This document shows positions 7,908 to 17,073 of a DNA stretch of 33,017 nucleotides, piece after piece. Numbering within the stretch: the first letter of the stretch is position 1; each line of letters begins with the position of its first letter. The stretch lies in the IMG/VR virus record IMGVR_UViG_3300029886_000150, one strand, 5' to 3'. Position numbers and translations under genes: made by a program. Below the pieces are notes generated by a model. The model saw only the letters and a program-made list of their open reading frames with translations. It did no database searches and was not told the origin of the DNA. Source of the DNA: a virus (lineage: Duplodnaviria; Heunggongvirae; Uroviricota; Caudoviricetes).

Positions 7908-8582
7908 ATGGTTTTTCGTGCAGATGAAAGTGCTCAACGTGGATTTGAGAAAGCATGCAGTGTATTGATTACAAATGATATCGTTGGTAATGAGAGAGCT
8001 TTTGCTCGTCAAAAACTGGAACAAATTATTGATGAATGTGGTTCCGTAGTTGATGGGTATCCAGGTTGGCATCCTTTTTTGATGGAAACTGATTCAGATA
8101 GTTTTTCTCCAATGATTCCTGATAATTGCTCAAGTTATCGACTGCTTGATCATTCTGTATATCTGGTAAATGGAATCATAACGTGTCCTTATAGTCATGC
8201 AGTTGGCCAGTTAGTTAGCAATATTCAAGCGATACGAAACAAGCATGATTTAGCTGATATAACGATAGAAGAAATTAAAGGCGTGACTTTCTACAATTCT
8301 CATACAACACCTATGTTAATTAGATGCCGTTGGAAAACTGGACTGGAAGAAGATGGCACAATCCCCCTGCGTACAGCTTTGGGGTTGATGCTTGAAAGAG
8401 AATTGCCGGGATGGAGATGGGGACGATTTAATCAGAGTTGGGAAAGCATGAGAGGGGATATTTTGGGTTATCCTCATGGCGCTAGGTCTTCTTTATTTGT
8501 CAATCAGCAAACAGGTCAGCAGCTAAAAAACGTATGGAATCAACTTATAAAAGCTGGTTTATGGGGGGATGAATATAAATAA
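7908..8582 (+). CDS. Soluble cargo protein, 224 aa, function unknown
   Basis: ATG 7908 after GAGG; AT-rich; last gene before the cos region. No motif I can assign to a known family. Confidence 0.65.
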   Translation: MVFRADESAQRGFEKACSVLITNDIVGNERAFARQKLEQIIDECGSVVDGYPGWHPFLMETDSDSFSPMIPDNCSSYRLLDHSVYLVNGIITCPYSHAVGQLVSNIQAIRNKHDLADITIEEIKGVTFYNSHTTPMLIRCRWKTGLEEDGTIPLRTALGLMLERELPGWRWGRFNQSWESMRGDILGYPHGARSSLFVNQQTGQQLKNVWNQLIKAGLWGDEYK

Positions 8583-8723
8583 TCAGAATTATATTCCTGT
8601 GCATGTCTGTGACGCATTAATTTGCATGCGTTTTCCTCTACTGTTGCTTGTGAGAGCCGTCAGTGCCGGCGCGCTCTTGGAGTGTTCATGCAACTGCATT
8701 AAAACCGCCCCATGAAGCGGGCG

Positions 8724-8742
8724 GGCGAGGCGGGGAAAGCAC
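8724..8742. other. Cohesive-end (cos) site, 19-nt P2-type sequence GGCGAGGCGGGGAAAGCAC
   Basis: Exact match to the P2 19-nt cohesive end as I recall it, about 170 bp beyond the 3' end of Q, where cos lies in P2. Preceded by a GC hairpin CCGCCC..GGGCGG. Confidence 0.6.
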
Positions 8743-8885
8743 TGCGCGCTGGCGGTGGTGCTGATTTTATTTTTTCAGCGTCTGAGCGCGTCGTGATGGC
8801 GTTTAGATTGTTCGCCGGGGCCGTTGGTGTGTCTGCGGGGTGTTTTGTGCGGTGGTGAGCGTATGAGGGCGTGATGACGGGGTGT

Positions 8886-8909
8886 AAAAAAGCCGCCCGC
8901 AGGCGGCGA
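8886..8909 (-). terminator. Rho-independent terminator downstream of Q (minus strand)
   Basis: GCCGCC / GGCGGC stem (8893-8898, 8904-8909) followed on the minus strand by a 6-U tract (plus-strand A-run 8886-8891), 3 nt past the Q stop. Confidence 0.7.
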
Positions 8910-8912
8910 TGT

Positions 8913-9947
8913 TCAGCCGTTGTCAGTGTCCAGTGAGTAGTTTTTAAAGCGGATGACTTCCTGGCCGAGCCAGCCGTTTATCTCGCGGATCCTGTCCTGT
9001 AGCGGGATAAGCTCATTGCGGACAAAGACCTTTGCCACTTTCTCAATATCGCCCAGCGACCCGACGTTCTCCGGCTTGCCGCCCATCAACTGAAAGGGGA
9101 TGCGGTGCGCGTCCAGCAGGTCAGCGGCGCTGGCTTTTTTGATATTAAAAAAATCGTCCTTCGTTGCCACTTCACTGAGCGGGATAATTTTAATGCCGTC
9201 GGCTTTCCCCTGTGGGGCATAGAGAAACAGGTTTTTAAAGTTGTTGCGGCCTTTCGACTTCACCATGTTTTCGCGGAGCATTTCGATATCGTTGCGATCC
9301 TGCACGGCATCGGTGACGTACATGATGTATCCGGCATGTGCGCCGTTTTCGTAATACTTGCGGCGGAACAGCGTGGCTGATTCATTCAGCCAGGCAGAGT
9401 TAAGGGCGCTGAGATATTCCGGCAGGCCGTACAGCTCCTGATTGATATCCGGCTCCAGCAGGTGAAACACGGAGCCGGGCGTGAAAGGTGTTGGCTCGTT
9501 GAAGGACGGCACCCACCAGTAAATATCTTCTTCCACACCACGGCGGGTATATTTTGCCGGTGAGGTTTCCAGTCTGATGACCTTACCGGTGGTGCTGTAA
9601 CGCTTTTCCAGAAACGCATTACCGAACACCAGAAAATCCAGCACAAAGCGGCTGAAATCCTGCTGGGAAAGCCACGGATGCGGGATAAATGTCGAGGCCA
9701 GAATATTACGTTTGACGTAAATCGGGGAGCTGTGATGCACGGCAGCACGCAGGCTTTTTGCCAGACCGGTAAAGCTGACCGGTGGCTCATACCATCTGCC
9801 GTTACTGATGCACTCGACGTAATCCAGAATGTCACGGCGATCGAGTACCGGCACCGGCTCACCAAAGGTGAATGCCTCCATTTTCGGGGCGCTGGCGGTC
9901 ATTGTTTTTGCCGCTGGTCGCGGTGTTTTCCCTTTTTTCTTGCTCAT
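8913..9947 (-). CDS. Q: Portal protein (P2 gpQ-like), 344 aa
   Basis: ORF 8913..9947 minus; length equals P2 gpQ and the sequence resembles it as recalled; overlaps the P stop. Confidence 0.9.
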   Translation of the reverse strand: MSKKKGKTPRPAAKTMTASAPKMEAFTFGEPVPVLDRRDILDYVECISNGRWYEPPVSFTGLAKSLRAAVHHSSPIYVKRNILASTFIPHPWLSQQDFSRFVLDFLVFGNAFLEKRYSTTGKVIRLETSPAKYTRRGVEEDIYWWVPSFNEPTPFTPGSVFHLLEPDINQELYGLPEYLSALNSAWLNESATLFRRKYYENGAHAGYIMYVTDAVQDRNDIEMLRENMVKSKGRNNFKNLFLYAPQGKADGIKIIPLSEVATKDDFFNIKKASAADLLDAHRIPFQLMGGKPENVGSLGDIEKVAKVFVRNELIPLQDRIREINGWLGQEVIRFKNYSLDTDNG

Positions 9948-11719
9948 CAGTAAAACTCCAGAATGGTGGATGTCAGCGGAGTGCTGATACCGGCGGTGAG
10001 TGGCTCATTTAACAGGGCGTGCATGGTCGCCCAGGCGAGGTCGGCGTGGCTGGCTTCCTCGCTGCGGCTGGCCTCATAGGTGGCGCTGCGTCCGCTGCTG
10101 GTCATGGTCTTGCGGATAGCCATAAACGAGCTGGTGATGTCGGTGGCGCTGACGTCATATTCCAGACAGCCACGGCGGATAACGTCTTTTGCCTTGAGCA
10201 CCATTGCGGTTTTCATTTCCGGCGTGTAGCGGATATCGCGCGCGGCGGGATAGAACGAGCGCACGAGCTGGAACACACCGACACCGAGGCCGGTGGCATC
10301 AATCCCGATGTATTCGACGTTGTATTTTTCGGTGAGTTTGCGGATGGATTCTGCCTGGGTGGCAAAGTCCATGCCTTTCCACTGGTGACGTTCAAGGATC
10401 CTGAATTTGCCACCGGCCACCACCGGCGGTGCCAGCACCACGCATCCGGCGCTGTCGCCACGGTGTGACGGGTCGTAACCAATCCATACCGGACGGGAGC
10501 CGAACGGATTGGCGGCAAACGGCGCATAGTCTTCCCATTCTTCCAGCGTGTCGACCATGCAGCGTTGCAGCTCCTCGAACGGGAACACCGACGCCTTGTC
10601 GTCAACAAATTCACACATGAACAGGTTTTTAAAATCGTCGGCGCTGTTTTCACGTTTGAGCTGCTCAATGTCGAACAGTGTGCAGCCACCTTTCAGGGCA
10701 TCCTCAATGGTGACAATCTGCCGCCACTGGCCGTCCGCACAGAGAAGACCTCCGGCAAGGGCGTTATGACTGACGTCGATTTCCACACGTTCGGCGGCGC
10801 TGGCGCGTCCCCGGTTGAACAGTTCACCCGACCAGAACGGGTAGGCGTCGTGCGCCAGCGTGGACGGGGTGGAGAAATAGGTCGAGCGCAGGTGACTCTG
10901 TGAGGCCATACCTGATGCCACCTTACGCAGTACCTGAAAATTCGGGATCCAGAAAATCTCGTCGACGTACAGGTCGCCGTTATGGCTCTGCGCGGTGTTG
11001 GAGTTGGTGCCGAGAAAAATCAGTTTTGCGCCGTTATTGCCCAGGACAATCGGGTCACCGGTCAGGTCAACGTCAACCAGCCGGGCAAAGGCGATGATGT
11101 ATTCGCGGAACACATACGCCTGCGTTTTACTGGCCGACAGAAAAATCTGGTTATGACCGGTTTTCAGGGCGCGCAGCAGCGCCTCGCGGGAAAAATAAAA
11201 CGTCGCGCCAATCTGGCGGGATTTCAGGATATCGCGGATGCGGTGCTCAAGCCCGGCGCGATACCAGTGCAACTGATATTCGAAAGACTGCTCAAAGAAA
11301 ATCTGCTCCAGCTTTTCGATGGCCTCGTCACTGAAAAAATTCTTTTTCGGTTTGCGACGCCCGCCTTTGTTGCGGTTAGCGACGTTCGGATTAAGGTCTG
11401 CCTCGTTGCCGGTCTGACTGTAACGGTTGACCCGTGCCAGTCGTTCAATCTGGCGTCCGAGCAGGTCAATTTCCTTGAAGTCACCGCCGGTTTTCTGCGG
11501 TTTGATGATGAGCTGGGTCAGCCGCGCTTCCAGACTCATTTCGACACGGCTGATGGGGGCAACGCTGTCCCAGCCGTCGCGCTGCTTCCAGCTCTGCACC
11601 GTCGGGCGTTTCATCTGCAACATGGCGGCAATCTGCGGCACGGAAAATCCCTGCCAGTACAGCAGCGCCGCCTGACGACGCGGGTCGTGTAAAAGAGTGG
11701 TGTCTGTGGTGATGGTCAT
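9947..11719 (-). CDS. P: Terminase large subunit / ATPase (P2 gpP-like), 590 aa
   Basis: ORF track 9947..11749; trimmed to ATG at 11717-11719 (MTITTDTT...), giving 590 aa, the P2 gpP length. Divergent from O. Confidence 0.9.
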   Translation of the reverse strand: MTITTDTTLLHDPRRQAALLYWQGFSVPQIAAMLQMKRPTVQSWKQRDGWDSVAPISRVEMSLEARLTQLIIKPQKTGGDFKEIDLLGRQIERLARVNRYSQTGNEADLNPNVANRNKGGRRKPKKNFFSDEAIEKLEQIFFEQSFEYQLHWYRAGLEHRIRDILKSRQIGATFYFSREALLRALKTGHNQIFLSASKTQAYVFREYIIAFARLVDVDLTGDPIVLGNNGAKLIFLGTNSNTAQSHNGDLYVDEIFWIPNFQVLRKVASGMASQSHLRSTYFSTPSTLAHDAYPFWSGELFNRGRASAAERVEIDVSHNALAGGLLCADGQWRQIVTIEDALKGGCTLFDIEQLKRENSADDFKNLFMCEFVDDKASVFPFEELQRCMVDTLEEWEDYAPFAANPFGSRPVWIGYDPSHRGDSAGCVVLAPPVVAGGKFRILERHQWKGMDFATQAESIRKLTEKYNVEYIGIDATGLGVGVFQLVRSFYPAARDIRYTPEMKTAMVLKAKDVIRRGCLEYDVSATDITSSFMAIRKTMTSSGRSATYEASRSEEASHADLAWATMHALLNEPLTAGISTPLTSTILEFY

Positions 11720-11749
11720 GAATACCTCGCCGTGATGAATACACGGCAA

Positions 11750-11892
11750 GGCTACTGAGTCGCGCCCCGCGATTCGCTAAGGTGCTGTTGTGTCAGTGAT
11801 AAGCCATCCGGGACTGATGGCGGAGGATGCGCATCGTCGGGAAACTGATGCCGACATGTGACTCCTCTAATCACTATTCAGGACTCCTGACA
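11750..11892. promoter_or_regulatory. Divergent late promoter region (expected P_P and P_O, Ogr-dependent in P2)
   Basis: Intergenic region between divergent P and O; assignment by position only. I did not find a clean TGT-N12-ACA activator-site match. Confidence 0.4.
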
Positions 11893-12747
11893 ATGGCAAA
11901 AAAAGTCTCAAAATTCTTTCGTATCGGCGTTGAGGGTGACACCTGTGACGGGCGTGTCATCAGTGCGCAGGATATTCAGGAAATGGCCGAAACCTTTGAC
12001 CCGCGAGTCTATGGTTGCCGCATTAACCTGGAACATCTGCGCGGCATCCTGCCTGACGGCATTTTTAAGCGTTATGGCGATGTGGTCGAACTGAAGGCCG
12101 AAAAGATTGACGATGATTCGGCGCTGAAAGGCAAATGGGCGCTGTTTGCGAAAATCACCCCGACCGATGACCTTATCGCGATGAACAAGGCCGCGCAGAA
12201 GGTCTATACCTCAATGGAAATTCAGCCGAACTTTGCCAATACCGGCAAATGTTATCTGGTGGGTCTGGCCGTCACCGATGACCCGGCAAGCCTCGGCACG
12301 GAATACCTGGAATTCTGCCGCACGGCAAAACACAACCCCCTGAACCGCTTCAAATTAAGCCCTGAAAACCTGATTTCAGTGGCAACGCCTGTTGAGCTGG
12401 AATTTGAAGACCTGCCTGAAACCGTGTTCACCGCCCTGACCGAAAAGGTGAAATCCATTTTTGGCCGCAAACAGGCCAGCGATGACGCCCGTCTGAATGA
12501 CGTGCATGAAGCGGTGACCGCTGTTGCTGAACATGTGCAGGAAAAACTGAGCGCCACTGAGCAGCGCCTCGCTGAGATGGAAACCGCCTTTTCCGCACTT
12601 AAGCAGGATGTGACTGACAGGGCGGATGAAACCAGCCAGGCATTCACCCGCCTGAAAAACAGTCTCGACCACACCGAAAGTCTGACCCAGCAGCGCCGCA
12701 GCAAGGCCACCGGTGGTGGCGGTGACGCCCTGATGACGAACTGCTGA
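11893..12747 (+). CDS. O: Capsid scaffolding protein (P2 gpO-like), 284 aa
   Basis: ORF track 11827 extended; ATG at 11893 (MAKKVSKFFRIG...) gives 284 aa, the P2 gpO length. Confidence 0.9.
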   Translation: MAKKVSKFFRIGVEGDTCDGRVISAQDIQEMAETFDPRVYGCRINLEHLRGILPDGIFKRYGDVVELKAEKIDDDSALKGKWALFAKITPTDDLIAMNKAAQKVYTSMEIQPNFANTGKCYLVGLAVTDDPASLGTEYLEFCRTAKHNPLNRFKLSPENLISVATPVELEFEDLPETVFTALTEKVKSIFGRKQASDDARLNDVHEAVTAVAEHVQEKLSATEQRLAEMETAFSALKQDVTDRADETSQAFTRLKNSLDHTESLTQQRRSKATGGGGDALMTNC

Positions 12748-12805
12748 CCGGCGTCAGTCAGTCCGGGAAAACCTTCACGATTAACCCTTAATTTCAGGAA
12801 AAACT

Positions 12806-13879
12806 ATGCGCCAGGAAACCCGCTTTAAATTTAATGCCTATCTGTCCCGTGTTGCCGAACTGAACGGCATCGACGCCGGTGATGTGTCGAAAAAATTCAC
12901 CGTTGAACCGTCGGTCACCCAGACCCTGATGAACACCATGCAGGAGTCCTCTGACTTTCTGACCCGCATCAACATTGTGCCGGTCAGCGAAATGAAAGGG
13001 GAAAAAATTGGTATCGGTGTCACCGGCTCCATCGCCAGTACCACCGACACCGCCGGTGGCACTGAGCGTCAGCCGAAGGACTTCTCGAAGCTGGCGTCAA
13101 ACAAGTACGAATGCGACCAGGTTAACTTCGATTTTTATATCCGCTACAAAACGCTTGACCTGTGGGCGCGTTATCAGGATTTCCAGCTCCGTATCCGTAA
13201 CGCCATTATCAAACGCCAGTCCCTTGATTTCATCATGGCCGGTTTTAACGGCGTGAAGCGTGCCGAAACCTCTGACCGCAACAGTAATCCGATGCTGCAG
13301 GATGTGGCGGTCGGCTGGCTGCAGAAATACCGCAATGAAGCCCCGGCGCGCGTGATGAGCAAGGTCACTGACGAGGAAGGCCGCACCACCTCTGAGGTCA
13401 TCCGCGTGGGTAAGGGCGGTGATTATGTAAGCCTCGATGCACTGGTGATGGATGCGACCAACAACCTGATTGAGCCGTGGTATCAGGAAGACCCTGACCT
13501 TGTGGTGATTGTGGGACGTCAGCTACTGGCGGACAAGTATTTTCCCATCGTCAACAAGGAGCAGGACAACAGCGAAATGCTGGCCGCTGACGTCATCATC
13601 AGCCAGAAACGCATCGGCAACCTGCCAGCGGTACGCGTCCCGTACTTCCCGGCGGATGCGATGCTCATCACGAAGCTGGAAAACCTGTCCATCTACTACA
13701 TGGATGACAGCCATCGCCGCGTGATTGAGGAAAACCCGAAACTCGACCGCGTGGAGAACTACGAGTCAATGAACATTGATTACGTGGTGGAAGACTACGC
13801 CGCCGGTTGTCTGGTGGAAAAAATTAAGGTCGGTGATTTCTCCACACCGGCTAAGGCGACCGCAGAGCCGGGAGCGTAA
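12806..13879 (+). CDS. N: Major capsid protein (P2 gpN-like), 357 aa
   Basis: ORF 12806..13879; length equals P2 gpN; position after O. Confidence 0.9.
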   Translation: MRQETRFKFNAYLSRVAELNGIDAGDVSKKFTVEPSVTQTLMNTMQESSDFLTRINIVPVSEMKGEKIGIGVTGSIASTTDTAGGTERQPKDFSKLASNKYECDQVNFDFYIRYKTLDLWARYQDFQLRIRNAIIKRQSLDFIMAGFNGVKRAETSDRNSNPMLQDVAVGWLQKYRNEAPARVMSKVTDEEGRTTSEVIRVGKGGDYVSLDALVMDATNNLIEPWYQEDPDLVVIVGRQLLADKYFPIVNKEQDNSEMLAADVIISQKRIGNLPAVRVPYFPADAMLITKLENLSIYYMDDSHRRVIEENPKLDRVENYESMNIDYVVEDYAAGCLVEKIKVGDFSTPAKATAEPGA

Positions 13880-13882
13880 CCG

Positions 13883-14626
13883 ATGACGAGTCCCGCACAG
13901 CGCCACATGATGCGGGTCTCGGCAGCGATGACCGCGCAGCGGGAAGCCGCCCCGCTGCGACATGCAACTGTCTATGAGCAGATGCTGGTCAAGCTGGCCG
14001 CAGACCAGCGCACACTGAAAGCAATTTATTCAAAAGAGCTGAAGGCCGCGAAAAAACGCGAACTGCTGCCGTTCTGGTTGCCGTGGGTGAACGGCGTGCT
14101 GGAGCAGGGCAAAGGTGCACAGGATGACATTCTGATGACGGTCATGCTGTGGCGTCTGGATACCGGCGATATTGCCGGTGCGCTGGAGATTGCCCGTTAT
14201 GCCCTGAAGTACGGTCTGACCATGCCGGGTAAACACCGCCGCACCCCGCCGTACATGTTCACCGAGGAGGTGGCACTTGCGGCCATGCGCGCTCACGCTG
14301 CCGGTGAGTCAGTGGATCCCCGCCTGCTGACGGACACCCTTGAACTGACCGCCACGGCTGACATGCCTGATGAAGTGCGCGCAAAGCTGCACAAAATCAC
14401 CGGTCTGTTTCTGCGTGACGGTGGTGATGCCGCCGGTGCGCTGGCTCACCTGCAACGTGCGACACAGCTCGACTGTCAGGCAGGCGTCAAAAAAGAGATT
14501 GAACGACTGGAGCGGGAGCTGAAACCGAAGCCGGAGCCGCAGCCAAAAGCGGCCACCCGCGCCCCGCGTAAGACCCGGAGCGTGACACCGGCAAAACGTG
14601 GACGCCCGAAAAAGAAAGCCAGTTAA
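13883..14626 (+). CDS. M: Terminase small subunit / endonuclease (P2 gpM-like), 247 aa
   Basis: ORF 13883..14626; GGAG ribosome-binding site; length equals P2 gpM. Confidence 0.9.
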   Translation: MTSPAQRHMMRVSAAMTAQREAAPLRHATVYEQMLVKLAADQRTLKAIYSKELKAAKKRELLPFWLPWVNGVLEQGKGAQDDILMTVMLWRLDTGDIAGALEIARYALKYGLTMPGKHRRTPPYMFTEEVALAAMRAHAAGESVDPRLLTDTLELTATADMPDEVRAKLHKITGLFLRDGGDAAGALAHLQRATQLDCQAGVKKEIERLERELKPKPEPQPKAATRAPRKTRSVTPAKRGRPKKKAS

Positions 14627-14725
14627 CAACCGAATGCGCCCCGCGCCAGGGCGGCACGCCGGTCAGTGAGGGTGACTCACCTGACGCTGTACCGGCGTCC
14701 ACCGCCCGACTTTTCAGAGGTAGTC

Positions 14726-15235
14726 ATGATGACGCTGATTATTCCGCGAAAGGAGGCTCCCGTGTCCGGTGAGGGTACGGTGATCATCCCGCAACCGGCA
14801 GGCGACGAGCCGGTGATTAAAAACACGTTCTTTTTTCCCGATATCGACCCGAAGCGCGTCCGGGAACGTATGCGCCTTGAGCAGACCGTCGCCCCCGCCC
14901 GTCTGCGTGAGGCCATCAAGTCAGGCATGGCGGAGACGAATGCGGAGCTGTACGAGTACCGCGAACAGAAAATTGCCGCCGGTTTTACGCGTCTGGCGGA
15001 CGTCCCGGCGGACGATATCGACGGTGAAAGCATCAAAGTTTTTTACTACGAGCGCGCCGTGTGTGCGATGGCGACCGCGTCGCTTTATGAGCGTTATCGC
15101 GGCGTGGATGCCAGTGCGAAAGGCGACAAGAAGGCTGACAGCATTGACAGCACCATTGATGAGCTGTGGCGGGATATGCGCTGGGCGGTGGCGCGTATCC
15201 AGGACAAGCCGCGCTGCATCGTGAGTCAAATCTGA
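14726..15235 (+). CDS. L: Capsid completion protein (P2 gpL-like), 169 aa
   Basis: ORF track 14666 extended; ATG at 14726 (MMTLIIPRKE...) gives 169 aa, the P2 gpL length. Confidence 0.85.
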   Translation: MMTLIIPRKEAPVSGEGTVIIPQPAGDEPVIKNTFFFPDIDPKRVRERMRLEQTVAPARLREAIKSGMAETNAELYEYREQKIAAGFTRLADVPADDIDGESIKVFYYERAVCAMATASLYERYRGVDASAKGDKKADSIDSTIDELWRDMRWAVARIQDKPRCIVSQI

Positions 15236-15438
15236 TGAAGACCTTTGCGCTACAGGGCGACACGCTCGACGCCATTTGTGTCCGGTATTACGGGCGCACT
15301 GAGGGCGTGGTCGAAGCCGTGCTCGCCGCAAATCCGGGACTGGCTGAACTGGGGGCGGTGCTGCCACATGGCACCGCCGTCGAACTGCCCGACGTTCAGA
15401 CCGCGCCCGTGGCTGAAACTGTCAATCTGTGGGAGTAA
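15235..15438 (+). CDS. X: Tail protein X (P2 gpX-like, LysM-type), 67 aa
   Basis: ATG 15235 overlapping the L stop (TGATG); MKTFALQGDTLDAICVRYYGRTEG...; 67 aa as in P2 gpX. Confidence 0.85.
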   Translation: MKTFALQGDTLDAICVRYYGRTEGVVEAVLAANPGLAELGAVLPHGTAVELPDVQTAPVAETVNLWE

Positions 15439-15441
15439 CGC

Positions 15442-15723
15442 ATGACAGCAGAAGAAAAAAGCGTCCTGTCGCTTTTCATGATTGGGGTGCTGATTGTTGT
15501 CGGCAAGGTGCTTGCCGGTGGTGAACCCATCACCCCGCGTCTGTTTATCGGTCGCATGTTGCTCGGTGGTTTTGTCTCAATGGTTGCCGGTGTTGTTCTG
15601 GTGCAGTTTCCTGACCTGTCACTGCCTGCGGTGTGCGGCATCGGCTCCATGCTGGGTATCGCCGGTTATCAGGTGATTGAGATTGCCATTCAGCGCCGCT
15701 TTAAGGGCAGGGGGAAACCGTAA
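15442..15723 (+). CDS. Y: Holin (P2 gpY-like), 93 aa
   Basis: Small protein with hydrophobic membrane segments directly upstream of the endolysin; 93 aa as in P2 Y. Confidence 0.85.
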   Translation: MTAEEKSVLSLFMIGVLIVVGKVLAGGEPITPRLFIGRMLLGGFVSMVAGVVLVQFPDLSLPAVCGIGSMLGIAGYQVIEIAIQRRFKGRGKP

Positions 15724-16220
15724 TGCCGGTAATTAACACGCATCAGAATATCGCCGCCTTTCTCGACATGCTGGCCGTGTCCGAAGGGACGGCGAACCAT
15801 CCGCTGACGAAAAACCGGGGCTATGACGTGATAGTCACCGGACTGGACGGAAAGCCGGAAATTTTCACCGACTACAGTGACCACCCGTTCGCACATGGCC
15901 GACCGGCGAAGGTGTTTAACCGTCGCGGTGAAAAATCCACGGCCTCCGGTCGCTATCAGCAGCTTTACCTGTTCTGGCCGCATTACCGCAAACAGCTTGC
16001 CCTGCCGGATTTCAGTCCGTTGTCACAGGACAGACTTGCCATTCAGTTGATCCGCGAACGCGGTGCACTGGATGACATCCGGGCGGGACGCATTGAGCGC
16101 GCCATTTCACGCTGTCGCAATATCTGGGCGTCCCTGCCGGGTGCCGGTTACGGTCAGCGTGAGCATTCACTGGAAAAACTGGTCACCGTCTGGCGTACCG
16201 CTGGCGGCGTACCGGCTTAA
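15723..16220 (+). CDS. K: Endolysin / lysozyme (P2 gpK-like), 165 aa
   Basis: ORF 15723..16220; 165 aa as in P2 K; lysis cassette position. Confidence 0.9.
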   Translation: MPVINTHQNIAAFLDMLAVSEGTANHPLTKNRGYDVIVTGLDGKPEIFTDYSDHPFAHGRPAKVFNRRGEKSTASGRYQQLYLFWPHYRKQLALPDFSPLSQDRLAIQLIRERGALDDIRAGRIERAISRCRNIWASLPGAGYGQREHSLEKLVTVWRTAGGVPA

Positions 16221-16234
16221 ACGGAGTAAACACC

Positions 16235-16660
16235 ATGAAGAAATTATCCCTTTCACTGATGCTGAACGTGTCGCTGGCGCTGATGCTGGCACTGTCCCTG
16301 ATTTACCCGCAGAGCGTGGCCGTCAATTTTGTCGCCGCCTGGGCGATTCTGGCGACGGTTATCTGTGTGGTTGCCGGTGGTGTCGGCGTGTATGCCACGG
16401 AGTATGTGCTGGAACGCTACGGGCGGGAGCTGCCGCCGGAATCGCTGGCCGTGAAGATTGTCACGTCGCTGTTTTTGCAGCCGGTGCCGTGGCGCAGACG
16501 GGCGGCGGCTCTGGTGGTGATGGTGGCGACGTTTATCTCGCTGGTCGCTGCCGGGTGGATTTTTACCGCGCTGATTTACCTCGTGGCGTCGGTGTTCTTC
16601 CGGTTGATACGCACGGCCTGTCGTCAGCGTTTTGAGGGGCGGGAACCATGTCAAAGCTGA
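16235..16660 (+). CDS. lysA: Lysis regulatory membrane protein LysA, 141 aa
   Basis: Multi-pass hydrophobic protein after K; 141 aa as in P2 LysA. Confidence 0.8.
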   Translation: MKKLSLSLMLNVSLALMLALSLIYPQSVAVNFVAAWAILATVICVVAGGVGVYATEYVLERYGRELPPESLAVKIVTSLFLQPVPWRRRAAALVVMVATFISLVAAGWIFTALIYLVASVFFRLIRTACRQRFEGREPCQS

Positions 16661-17073
16661 TGACTGTGCTGGTTGTGTTGTTATCACTGGCGGTGGCCGG
16701 TCTGTTTCTGGCGAAGCATGAAAACGCCAGCCTGCGCACCTCGCTGGACAGGGCGAACAACGTCGCCAACGGGCAGCAGACGACCATCACCATGCTGAAA
16801 AATCAGCTTCATGTTGCCCTCGCCAGAGCAGACAAAAACGAGCTGGCGCAGGTGGCACTGCGTCAGGAACTGGAGAACGCGGCGAAGCGTGAAGCACAGC
16901 GCGAGAAAACCATCACGAGGTTACTGAATGAAAACGAAGATTTTCGCCGCTGGTACGGCGCTGGCCTGCCTGATGCTGTGCGCCGGTTGCACCAGCGCCC
17001 GGCCTGCACCGACGCCAGTGATTGTCGCCAACGCCTGCCCGAAAGTGAGCCTTTGCCCGATGCCGGGCAGTGA
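16648..17073 (+). CDS. lysB: Rz-like inner-membrane spanin component LysB, 141 aa
   Basis: N-terminal TM segment followed by a charged helical region; 141 aa; overlaps lysA and contains the lysC start. Confidence 0.8.
   Translation: MSKLMTVLVVLLSLAVAGLFLAKHENASLRTSLDRANNVANGQQTTITMLKNQLHVALARADKNELAQVALRQELENAAKREAQREKTITRLLNENEDFRRWYGAGLPDAVRRLHQRPACTDASDCRQRLPESEPLPDAGQ

Noticed and set aside
9386-9865. 159-aa minus-strand ORF in an alternative frame within the portal gene Q
   Set aside because: Overlaps Q in a different frame; its composition (rich in Arg, Ser, Cys, Trp) is typical of off-frame translation of GC-rich coding sequence.
10982-11692. 236-aa plus-strand ORF inside the terminase gene P (and similar ORFs at 10019-10468 and 10565-10903)
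   Set aside because: Antisense to a confidently identified, full-length P2-type gene in GC-rich DNA, where long spurious antisense ORFs are common; no ribosome-binding site context and no recognisable motif.
11750-11892. Exact Ogr-binding dyads (TGT-N12-ACA) in the late promoter regions
   Set aside because: I looked for this motif upstream of P/O, V and FI and found only imperfect matches (for example TGT-N11-ACA at 18969-18985 and TGACC-N5-GGTCA near 26350). I may be misremembering the consensus, so these are reported only as low-confidence regulatory regions.
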